Shown: piece after piece, positions 36,162-43,987 of the stretch
Position numbering within the stretch: the first letter of the stretch is position 1
Layout: the number at the start of each line of letters is the position of its first letter
Assembly (NCBI GenBank): GCA_964202055.1
Contig: CAXNGS010000001.1
Location: 224,186-288,185 of the forward strand
Length of the DNA stretch: 64,000 bases
Direction: 5' to 3'
DNA from: Bdellovibrionota bacterium
Lineage (GTDB): Bacteria; Bdellovibrionota; UBA2428
Translations under genes and position numbers: made by a program
The notes under the pieces: model-generated
What the model saw: only the letters and a program-made list of their open reading frames with translations
What the model was told of the DNA's origin: nothing
The model's database searches: none

Positions 36162-37352
36162 TCAAAGAAACCAGGCCGTCAGCCCATCGTCCATTGGGTC
36201 ATTGGAACGTTGCCACGGCTGGTAGTCGGCCTCTTTTTTGAGTTGAGTGCTGATGCTTTGGCATTCTTCGGGATCAATCGAGCAAACCGAAATCAACGCT
36301 GATTTAAATTTTAGTTTGGGTAACTCGGCCAAAATTTTATTTTGAATCGATTTTAAGCCCTCAATTCGCGAGCCCAAATCTTCGCCTAAGAGATCTGGCC
36401 GCGAGGCCAAAGTGCCGCTCCCCGAACAGGGCAAGTCGATTAAAAGCAGATCCCATTCTTGGTCTACAATGGATGCGGGCAGTGTCTCTTCACCGACGCT
36501 TAGTAAAAGCGTTTCAATCGATTCTTGAATGCCAAAGCGCTTGATATTTTCTTTGAGACGTTGCATCCGCGAATGTTTCTGTTCAACTGCAACCGCGCTG
36601 ACGGAGCCGACACTTTTTTGGGCCTGAAAGATAGACCAAAGAAGTTTGGCGCCCGGGGCTGCGCAAAAATCCAAAATTTTAATTTGAGATTTATTTTGCA
36701 TCGGAAAATTTTCAAAATAATGCTGCATCAAATTTGCGGAGCCAGAGTTCATGGCTTGAAGTGGAGATTCTGATTTTAAAAAAACTTGGCTTTCGAGCTT
36801 TTGATAATTCAAGCTGGAATCAAAGGCCCAAATTCCGGGGCTGGGACGTTGGAGCAGCGTTTTGCCAAGATGATCGATGATCGACGGATTTTTAGCCCAT
36901 CGTTTGCGAAGCGCAGGGTTTAATAAGAGCGCGGGATTCTCGGCTAATTTTTTTAGCTGCTGGTTTTTTTCACGAACCAAACTACGGCAATATGCATTCA
37001 ACACTCTGACCAAAGGCTCAGCTAATTCTTTTTTACTGGCCTCTACAATTTCGTGAGCGATGACTTCACTAGGAATCTGATCGCGGCTTAAAAGCGAAGA
37101 GTAGGCAATTAAACAGTAATCTTTGAGAATTAATGACTTCGGTTCCTTTTTAAAAAAAACTCGCGCAAAATTTTCTTGAGCTTCCGAGTAACGATAGGCC
37201 ATGAAAAGAAAGTCGCGAGCGCCACCGGAAAATTGAGTGCTCGAAGCATCCAACAAATCATCGAGGTGCAAAGATTTAGAGCGGGTGTTCTTCTGGCGAT
37301 GGCCCGGAAGGACTTCGACCGCTTGTAAGATATCGTTGATTAATGCGCCCAT
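36162..37352 (-). CDS. rRNA cytosine-C5 methyltransferase, RsmB/RsmF (NOL1/NOP2/Sun) family
   Basis: DFCAAPGAKLL (SAM site) and LIDLPCSGSGTLASRPD (catalytic Cys motif). Confidence 0.8.
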   Translation of the reverse strand: MGALINDILQAVEVLPGHRQKNTRSKSLHLDDLLDASSTQFSGGARDFLFMAYRYSEAQENFARVFFKKEPKSLILKDYCLIAYSSLLSRDQIPSEVIAHEIVEASKKELAEPLVRVLNAYCRSLVREKNQQLKKLAENPALLLNPALRKRWAKNPSIIDHLGKTLLQRPSPGIWAFDSSLNYQKLESQVFLKSESPLQAMNSGSANLMQHYFENFPMQNKSQIKILDFCAAPGAKLLWSIFQAQKSVGSVSAVAVEQKHSRMQRLKENIKRFGIQESIETLLLSVGEETLPASIVDQEWDLLLIDLPCSGSGTLASRPDLLGEDLGSRIEGLKSIQNKILAELPKLKFKSALISVCSIDPEECQSISTQLKKEADYQPWQRSNDPMDDGLTAWFL

Positions 37353-37678
37353 TGCTCCAGCTGACCTTCGCAGATTTTAGGGGTGGCTCTCAAGATTATT
37401 TCGCTAGGAATCTTTACGGTGAATTGAGGGTTGGATTTTTCACTACGAGGTTGGTCCATCCACCAGCTAATGTGACAGTCCACCCAAACTGGCAGAGCAG
37501 CCATTTTAGCCAAACCATCGGGCCTAGGCACTTCGACGCCCTTTAATATTTGTTGAATCCAATTTTCCCAGGAACCTAAGGGCAAGGAATTCTCAGGAAT
37601 TGAGCTTTGTGAAAAAGCAGCAAGCTGAACAAAGAATAGAATGAATAGTAATCGACATAAACCAGCGCGATTAAACAT
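37340..37678 (-). CDS. small secreted hypothetical protein
   Basis: Start moved to Met22 of the track ORF (MFNRAGLCRLLFILFFVQLAAFSQ signal), giving an ATGTTTAA overlap with the upstream stop. 13-nt overlap with the methyltransferase start. Confidence 0.4.
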   Translation of the reverse strand: MFNRAGLCRLLFILFFVQLAAFSQSSIPENSLPLGSWENWIQQILKGVEVPRPDGLAKMAALPVWVDCHISWWMDQPRSEKSNPQFTVKIPSEIILRATPKICEGQLEQWAH

Positions 37679-38057
37679 CGCTGTCGTCGTCAGAAATTGA
37701 CGGAGCCATCCCACTCCCGGGAAGGGGTTCGCGATTTTCAAAAGAAGGACTGATGGGAGTTTGTCCCTTAATGCTAAGCCCGCCTTTTTCCAAAGCTCGC
37801 AATAATTTTTGATTGGCGCGCGAGAGCCGAATATTTTTGGTTTCTAATATCACCAAACTCACGATGAAGAAAATGCTGGCGATCAGCGCACCAATCAAAA
37901 CACAGCTTGCTAAAATCAACCATTTTGGTTGAGCTTCGGTGTCGACCCCAAAGAGCGCGACGGTCATTGGTTCTTGATTTTGGCCAATGATCACAACGAG
38001 CACAGCCAAAATTGTAAAAGTGAAGAGAACCCATAGTCCAAGCTTTATCCAACGCAT
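37671..38057 (-). CDS. LapA-domain (DUF1049) inner-membrane protein
   Basis: Two TM helices (LGLWVLFTFTILAVLVVIIG, WLILASCVLIGALIASIFFIVSLVIL) followed by a short basic helix, the typical LapA/YciS layout. Confidence 0.6.
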   Translation of the reverse strand: MRWIKLGLWVLFTFTILAVLVVIIGQNQEPMTVALFGVDTEAQPKWLILASCVLIGALIASIFFIVSLVILETKNIRLSRANQKLLRALEKGGLSIKGQTPISPSFENREPLPGSGMAPSISDDDSDV

Positions 38058-38058
38058 C

Positions 38059-38604
38059 TTAACTCATCATAACTTTGCGAAGCTCGGCTGCAAAGGTCGC
38101 AAAAAAAGGTTTCAGCTTCCGGTAAATTGTCACATTGTGAGACGGAGCCGCTTTGATTTCGGCCAAGAGCGGCATGAAGTTTGTGTCGCCATTCCATCTC
38201 GGGACCACGTGCCAGTGGATGTGCTCGGGGATTCCTGCGCCTGCGCTGCGGCCAATGTTCATGCCGATATTAAAGCCATGTGGCTTATAAGCTTTCTTCA
38301 AGTATCGAAGGCACAGGCTCAAGGCTGAGTGGACGGCGAGTAATTCCCGGCCAGTAAGTTTCTCAGGGCTGTCGACTTTTTGACGGGGAATCACCATTAA
38401 ATGACCGGGGTTGTATGGAAAACGATTGAGCACCACGAAGACATCGTCGTTTACAAAAAGTACCAATGTCTTTTCACTGGCGCCTTTTTTAGGCAACTCG
38501 GTGAAGGGCTCAAATTTTTTTTTGCGGGCTGAAGTTTTTCCTTCGCGCTTTTTTTGATCTTCGATCCATTCGCCACGCCAAGGCGCCCACAAAACTTTAG
38601 TCAT
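38059..38604 (-). CDS. HIT (histidine triad) family protein
   Basis: LWAPWRGEWI N-terminus and histidine triad PEHIHWHVVPRW. Start set at the ATG sharing one base with the sppA stop (TAATG). Confidence 0.8.
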   Translation of the reverse strand: MTKVLWAPWRGEWIEDQKKREGKTSARKKKFEPFTELPKKGASEKTLVLFVNDDVFVVLNRFPYNPGHLMVIPRQKVDSPEKLTGRELLAVHSALSLCLRYLKKAYKPHGFNIGMNIGRSAGAGIPEHIHWHVVPRWNGDTNFMPLLAEIKAAPSHNVTIYRKLKPFFATFAAELRKVMMS

Positions 38605-39608
38605 TAGCGAGCTTTTCCCGAAAACCAATGTTGGGGCAAAAGATAGGGAACTCCAGCTTCAACGCCGCTCGAGAGCATGGGGAGAAATGCTTTTACTGCA
38701 TCGAGCATTTCAGATTTTGCAGGATCGCCGTGATAGCGCAGGTCTTGCAAAAAATCTTTAAGTTGATTGGGTTCTGCTCCCCAGCGTTCGGGTTTGGGTT
38801 TTTTAATTTGAGCCATTTCTGCGGCCAATTCGATGGCGCGATCTTCGCCGCCTAATTCGTCGACAAAGCCCAGTGCTTTGGCTTGGGCACCCGAAAGAAT
38901 TCTTCCATCTGCATAATTTTCAACAATTTCGGTGCTCATTTGCGGCCGTCCTTTTTTGATGGCTTCTTTGAATTGGCTGTGAATTTCGGTGACCATGGTT
39001 TGTAGCAGATTTCGCTCATCTTCGGTCATGGCCCGAGATTCCGATCCGATGTCTTTAAACTTGCCTGATTTAATATTGAAGGGCGCAAGTTTGGCCCAAG
39101 CATAAAGGTCCTTTAAATTCATAAAGGGCATGATGACTCCTATCGAGCCGGTCATGGTTCCGGGATTGCTCACAATTTTTTCGCAGGCTGCGCCGATGTA
39201 ATAACCGCCACTAGCCGCAACTGAATCAAAGGAACAAACAATTTTCTTTTTCTCACGGAGCTTAAGCAGCCGATCGTAAATTTCTTGCGAGGGAGCCACT
39301 GCGCCGCCCGGCGAGTTCACGTGGACCACGATCGCTTTGATGTTTTTGTCTTCTTCTATTTCTTTCAGCTCATCGAGCGTTTTGCGGGCGCTCATGATCA
39401 CGCCTTCAATGTCGATGATCGCGATGTTAGCGTCTGAAGAACCGCCACTGAAAAGCGCCATCGCGCCTCCGCCTTTAGATTCGTTTTTTCCGGAACCGAA
39501 AGCAACTTGGTAAGCCAATTTCACGGACCGGTAGGTGGCAAAGCCAAATGCCAGAGCCAAGAGACAACCAATGCCAAAAACCCAAAGTAATTTACGACGA
39601 TCATTCAT
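38604..39608 (-). CDS. sppA: signal peptide peptidase SppA (36K type)
   Basis: N-terminal TM. VNSPGGAVAPSQEIYDRL and SVAASGGYYIGAACE (catalytic Ser region). GSIGVIMPF. Confidence 0.85.
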   Translation of the reverse strand: MNDRRKLLWVFGIGCLLALAFGFATYRSVKLAYQVAFGSGKNESKGGGAMALFSGGSSDANIAIIDIEGVIMSARKTLDELKEIEEDKNIKAIVVHVNSPGGAVAPSQEIYDRLLKLREKKKIVCSFDSVAASGGYYIGAACEKIVSNPGTMTGSIGVIMPFMNLKDLYAWAKLAPFNIKSGKFKDIGSESRAMTEDERNLLQTMVTEIHSQFKEAIKKGRPQMSTEIVENYADGRILSGAQAKALGFVDELGGEDRAIELAAEMAQIKKPKPERWGAEPNQLKDFLQDLRYHGDPAKSEMLDAVKAFLPMLSSGVEAGVPYLLPQHWFSGKAR

Positions 39609-39686
39609 GCTTTTCTTTTATCAGGTTTGGCGCTTACACGAAAAGTGTTCTGGAAATATTTGCGTTTTTCGAATCTGTTAAAGACG

Positions 39687-40907
39687 TTAAATTCCTGCTT
39701 TTATAACTTCTTTAGCTAAATAATCAGAGAAAAAGTTATTGAAGGCAGCCGATGGATGGCCCTCGTCCTCGATTTCGGGTCGTTGAGTCATGATTTGATT
39801 TAATTTCCACTGACTAAAGTCCAAAGTGGAAATCTGGGCTTGATTGAGTCGGTGACTGATCTCGCTAATTAAAGGACTTTCCCCTTTAAACGGTGGCGGG
39901 AGCACGACTAAAAATTTATTTAAACTTAGTTGTTTCCTCAAATTTTTTTCAATTCCTCTGAGGGCGGAAATTAGGAAATCAAAATCTGAATCGCGGTACC
40001 AAGGAAACCAATCGATACCAAGCCAATTAAAAAGACTTATTTGGCCCCACCAAATATGTAATTTAAATTGCTTCGATTCTTTTAAGCTAAGGTGATGATC
40101 TATTAAATCATCATTCGAAGAATTGGGTGAAAGCCAAGGCTTGTAAATTAAGAAAGGGTGGACTCTTAGCCAATTGCTTCGTGTTACGAGACGGGCAAGA
40201 TGAAAATCCCAAAGAAAATAAAGTGCTGAACCTGACTCTTCTTTTATTTCCGTCGGGAGTTTTCGATATTTACTGATTTTCCAGGCGATCGCCGGAGACC
40301 CCGCCGGAACTCCGTAATTATAGATCGCCCGAGTGGTGATTTTTTGAGCCATTTTCCATGGCAAAGTGTCTTCATCATCAAGCCCCTCTCCAAAAATATA
40401 AGAACAGCCTAGAAAAATTAAAAATTCTTTTCGCAATTTAGTGTGGGATTGTTGTACCAATCTCCGGCCAACCGAATCGATTCGAGTACGAGCTTGATAA
40501 ATAATTTTATCGCCTCGTTTGGCAATCGAGATAAAATCCTGGTTAGGCATAAGTAGAAAGTTTGAGCTAAAGATCTTTTTTCCTGGGGGATATTTTAAAC
40601 TGAAATCAAGGGGTGAGTGATCATTTGATTTTTTGCTATTGGTATATTGATGAAATCCGGCATTGGTCACTTCTGGCGCTGCGACTAGTGTGTTGAAAGA
40701 CGATTGGGAAGTCTGAGCATGAGAAATCCCATAGCCTGATCGAATAAGTAAGTCATCGATCCACGAATGATTGTTGAGCGGATTTGGTTGCCAAATGCGG
40801 ATGATAATTTCAATCAAAAGTAAAAATAAAATAGGTGTTGTTCCAAGAGTTAATATTTTAAAAAATATAATTCGTAAGCTGGTTACGGAATTTTTCTTGG
40901 AGACCAT
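39687..40907 (-). CDS. membrane-anchored hypothetical protein, possibly SGNH/GDSL-like
   Basis: N-terminal TM LGTTPILFLLLIEIIIRIW. FLIFLGCSYIFGEGLDDEDTLPW resembles SGNH block I. Same layout as the disrupted gene at 54448-55577. Visibly A+T-rich (not quantified). Confidence 0.4.
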   Translation of the reverse strand: MVSKKNSVTSLRIIFFKILTLGTTPILFLLLIEIIIRIWQPNPLNNHSWIDDLLIRSGYGISHAQTSQSSFNTLVAAPEVTNAGFHQYTNSKKSNDHSPLDFSLKYPPGKKIFSSNFLLMPNQDFISIAKRGDKIIYQARTRIDSVGRRLVQQSHTKLRKEFLIFLGCSYIFGEGLDDEDTLPWKMAQKITTRAIYNYGVPAGSPAIAWKISKYRKLPTEIKEESGSALYFLWDFHLARLVTRSNWLRVHPFLIYKPWLSPNSSNDDLIDHHLSLKESKQFKLHIWWGQISLFNWLGIDWFPWYRDSDFDFLISALRGIEKNLRKQLSLNKFLVVLPPPFKGESPLISEISHRLNQAQISTLDFSQWKLNQIMTQRPEIEDEGHPSAAFNNFFSDYLAKEVIKAGI

Positions 40908-40971
40908 GTGATGAGATTAATTTTATCGAGGTATCTTTCGAAAGCAACTTCGTTGTTCATAAGCAAGTGGC

Positions 40972-41015
40972 TAAAAAACAAAAAGCCCGGCGGCCAAATG
41001 GCTGCCGGGCTTTTT
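40972..41015 (-). terminator. rho-independent terminator after rpsA (bidirectional shape)
   Basis: GCCCGGCGGCC-AAAT-GGCTGCCGGGC stem of about 11 bp (40985-41010). Flanked by an A-run on the left and TTTTT on the right. Read on the minus strand it is followed by TTTTTGTTTTTTT. Confidence 0.7.
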
Positions 41016-41037
41016 AAATAATAACGATTGATCGAAC

Positions 41038-42876
41038 TTATTCTTCAGAAGCCGGCTGTTTTTCAGCAGACGAGCCGAACATTCCCAATTTCTTGGCCAG
41101 TTCAGGGCTGATCGAATCCGCGATCGACGAGCGTGACGATTCGGCTTGGCGGCTTCGGAAGCCTTCCAGGTTTTCTCGTTCTTCGCGCTTCGACAACGAC
41201 TTCACGCTCAAGCTGATCTTGCGATCTTTTTGATCGATGTTGACGATTTCGACTTTGATCTTGTCGCCAACTTTAACAACCGCTTCAGGGTGCATGATGC
41301 GCTCGTCGGACAGTTCAGAAATGTGAACCATGCCTTCAACGCCTTCAGACATCTCTACGAATGCTCCGAAGTTAGCAAGCTTGGTAACGGTGCCTTCCAC
41401 GACGGTTCCAGTTGGGTGAGTGTCAACGTAGTTAGCCCAAGGATCGCGGCTCAGGTTTTTGATCGACAAGGAAATACGTTCATTGCCTTTGTCGATGTTC
41501 ATAACCATGGCTTCAACTTCATTGCCCTTTTCGAACAATTGTTTTGGATGAGTGACCTTTTGATCCCAGCTCAAGTCAGAGACGTGAACCAAGCCGTCGA
41601 TGCCTTCTTCGATCTCAACAAAGATGCCGAAGTCAGTGACGTTTTTGATGGTGCCTTTAACTTTAGTGCCAGTGGGATATTTGAATTCCAGTGAATCCCA
41701 AGGATTCGCGCTGATTTGTTTTAATCCCAAGCTCATTCGACGATTGTCGTGATCGATGTCCAAGATAACTGCTTCAGTCGTTTGATCGACTTCCAAAAGT
41801 TTTCGGGGATCTTTCACTCGTTGAGTCCAGCTCATTTCGGAAACGTGAATCAGACCTTCGATGCCGGGTTCCACTTCAATGAAAGCGCCGTAATCAGTGA
41901 TGCTGACCACTTTACCGTTGGTGCGTTGGCCAACAAAGAATCGATCAGAAACATTTGCCCATGGATCAGGAAGCGTTTGCTTCATGCCCAAAGACACGCG
42001 TTCTTTTTCAGAATCAAATTTTAATACGCGAACGTTCACTTCAGCGCCGACTTTAAGAATGTCGCTTGGGTGCTTGATGCGACCCCAAGAAATGTCGGTG
42101 ATGTGCAACAATCCGTCGACGCCACCCAAATCAATGAAGGCGCCGTAGTCGGTGATGTTTTTAACAAGACCACGAACGATCGCGCCCACTTTGAGTTGTT
42201 TAAGAGTCGAGGTTTTTAATGAATCGCGTTCAGTTTCAACAACTGCACGACGAGATAAAACGACGTTGCCGCGTTTACGGTTGTACTTCAAAACTTTGAA
42301 GCGAAGAGTTTGGCCCATGAACTGGTCCAAATTCTTCAGAGGACGAACATCGACTTGGCTACCAGGCAAGAAAGCCTTGATGCCGATGTCGACCATGAGT
42401 CCGCCCTTCACAACTTCGGTGACGACGCCTTCAATGATTTCGTTCTTTTCGCAAACCGCTGCGATTTCGTCCCAAGCGCGATGCATGTCCGCCTTGTTTT
42501 TAGAAAGCGTAATGAGACCGTTTGCATTCTCCATACGCTCGATGATGACTTGAATTTCATCGCCGACATTAATTTCAAGAGTGCCGTCGGCTAATCGGAA
42601 TTGAGATGTGGGAACTTCGCCTTCGGCTTTGTGTCCTACATCGACGAGTACTTTGTCCGGGGTGATGGCAACGACTTTACCAGTGATCAGTTGACCTTCA
42701 TTGCTGGTGTCGGTTGCTTCGAGAGATTGCTCGAACATTTCTTCAAAAGAGCTTTTCGCTCCGGGTTCTTCATCTGGATCTCTAAAGGTTTTGATGGTGC
42801 CCCCGCCCGCAAATGGGTTCGATCCCTCAAGTAGCTTCAGAAAACTAGAATTATTTAAGTTATTGATTTGGGTCAT
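41038..42876 (-). CDS. rpsA: 30S ribosomal protein S1
   Basis: Six S1-domain repeats (for example GKVVAITPDKVLVDVG, VKNITDYGAFIDLGGVDGLLHITD, IKNVTDFGIFVEIEEGIDGLVHVSD). 612 aa. Confidence 0.93.
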   Translation of the reverse strand: MTQINNLNNSSFLKLLEGSNPFAGGGTIKTFRDPDEEPGAKSSFEEMFEQSLEATDTSNEGQLITGKVVAITPDKVLVDVGHKAEGEVPTSQFRLADGTLEINVGDEIQVIIERMENANGLITLSKNKADMHRAWDEIAAVCEKNEIIEGVVTEVVKGGLMVDIGIKAFLPGSQVDVRPLKNLDQFMGQTLRFKVLKYNRKRGNVVLSRRAVVETERDSLKTSTLKQLKVGAIVRGLVKNITDYGAFIDLGGVDGLLHITDISWGRIKHPSDILKVGAEVNVRVLKFDSEKERVSLGMKQTLPDPWANVSDRFFVGQRTNGKVVSITDYGAFIEVEPGIEGLIHVSEMSWTQRVKDPRKLLEVDQTTEAVILDIDHDNRRMSLGLKQISANPWDSLEFKYPTGTKVKGTIKNVTDFGIFVEIEEGIDGLVHVSDLSWDQKVTHPKQLFEKGNEVEAMVMNIDKGNERISLSIKNLSRDPWANYVDTHPTGTVVEGTVTKLANFGAFVEMSEGVEGMVHISELSDERIMHPEAVVKVGDKIKVEIVNIDQKDRKISLSVKSLSKREERENLEGFRSRQAESSRSSIADSISPELAKKLGMFGSSAEKQPASEE

Positions 42877-42946
42877 GAATTGATTTTTTTACTCCTCCTT
42901 CTTGCGGGTTAAAGATTCTGCCTGCAAAAATCGTGAAACTTCCGGA

Positions 42947-42975
42947 AAACTAAGGAAGTTTTCTCAGTGAGTCAA
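42947..42975 (-). promoter_or_regulatory. candidate sigma70-type promoter for rpsA
   Basis: On the minus strand: TTGACT (42975..42970), a 17-nt spacer, then TAGTTT (42952..42947), about 70 nt upstream of the rpsA ATG. Pattern match only. Confidence 0.3.
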
Positions 42976-43002
42976 GCATTCGCTTGCTGGGGAGTGGATC
43001 AA

Positions 43003-43055
43003 AAAAAATGGAAAAAAGGAACCGCGGTCGAGAGCTTCAAACTCTCGACCGCGGT
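43003..43055 (-). terminator. strong rho-independent terminator (minus strand)
   Basis: Perfect 14-bp inverted repeat ACCGCGGTCGAGAG / CTCTCGACCGCGGT (43021-34 / 43042-55) with a 7-nt loop. On the minus strand it is followed by TCCTTTTTTCCATTTTTTTT. Confidence 0.7.
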
Positions 43056-43311
43056 CTCAAATTTTAAATGCAATCGCCTGAGGGTCGGCCGTCGCCGAAG
43101 ATCAGGGTACTACACGGCGTGAACGCGCCTCCCGGCGCCTCAACCCGTGCTGTCGTTAAGGCGGCCCCGAGGAGTAATGCGAACCAAATTCAAGAAGAGG
43201 AAATCTCGTCTGAATCTTTTTTCGAATACGTACAGGTTTGAAGTACATGCATCCTCCTAAGGATCAATTTGCCTAGCCGGGACCATTCCCATAAGGCAAA
43301 AATCGGTTCAA

Positions 43312-43896
43312 TTAAGCGGCCTTAGCTCGGCCAGGTATCTTTCTTTTAAACTGCGCAGTTGGAATTGAAGTGGGGACGGCGCTGGTCCAAAGTGCATCTT
43401 CAATGGGTTTCTCGATGGGAGCGGGCGGGGGGCTAAGGCTCTTTGAATGAGCAAAATCATACGCCCGACCGAAGGCCTCTAAGAAGGCGTCTTTGCGAAG
43501 TGGCTTTTCGAGAATATCAAAACCTTGCGGCAGCGATTCTTTGATTTGCCGACGAAGTTTACTAGTGGCCATCCCAGTCACTGGCACAATTCCCATATTG
43601 GGATAGTGAGTTCGAAAGTGGCGGATCAAATCGGCACCGTTCACTTGAGGTAGCAGAATATCTACCACCGCGATGCGGACCGACGATAAGTCGCCGGTTA
43701 ACAGACTCCAGCCGCTCTCAAGTTTCAGTGTTTGAAACGAGACCGACTTTTCTTGGCTAAATTGTTGGATGTATCTTTGGATCAAGGCCGACATGAGTTC
43801 TTCGTCTTCGATCACTAGAACTTCGGCTTTCGCCAGTTCCAGTCCCCGATTAGGGCTAAAGATTGATTTAGGCTGCATCTCCATCACACTGCTCAA
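43312..43896 (-). CDS. single-domain response regulator (REC) with short C-terminal tail
   Basis: EVLVIEDEELM, phospho-acceptor region AVVDILLPQVNGADLIR, VPVTGMAT, LEKPL. Confidence 0.75.
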   Translation of the reverse strand: MSSVMEMQPKSIFSPNRGLELAKAEVLVIEDEELMSALIQRYIQQFSQEKSVSFQTLKLESGWSLLTGDLSSVRIAVVDILLPQVNGADLIRHFRTHYPNMGIVPVTGMATSKLRRQIKESLPQGFDILEKPLRKDAFLEAFGRAYDFAHSKSLSPPPAPIEKPIEDALWTSAVPTSIPTAQFKRKIPGRAKAA

Positions 43897-43987
43897 GACG
43901 CTTGGCCCCTTCTACTAACGCACTGCATAACACTAGAATATCGTTTTCTTCCGCTCATGTGTGTAAAGTTTAATTTAAGAGTTTTGG

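Noticed and set aside
41146-42883. Seven plus-strand ORFs antisense to rpsA.
   Set aside because: rpsA is unambiguous, with six S1 domains. The antisense ORFs have no motifs and a composition typical of reverse-strand artefacts.
43060-43200. Tried to identify the GC-rich spacer as SRP (4.5S) RNA, 6S RNA, tmRNA or RNase P RNA.
   Set aside because: The conserved SRP domain IV sequence (GGAAG...AGCA around a GNRA loop) is absent. So is the RNase P GAGGAAAGUCC box and the tmRNA tag or ends. It is kept only as an unidentified structured element.
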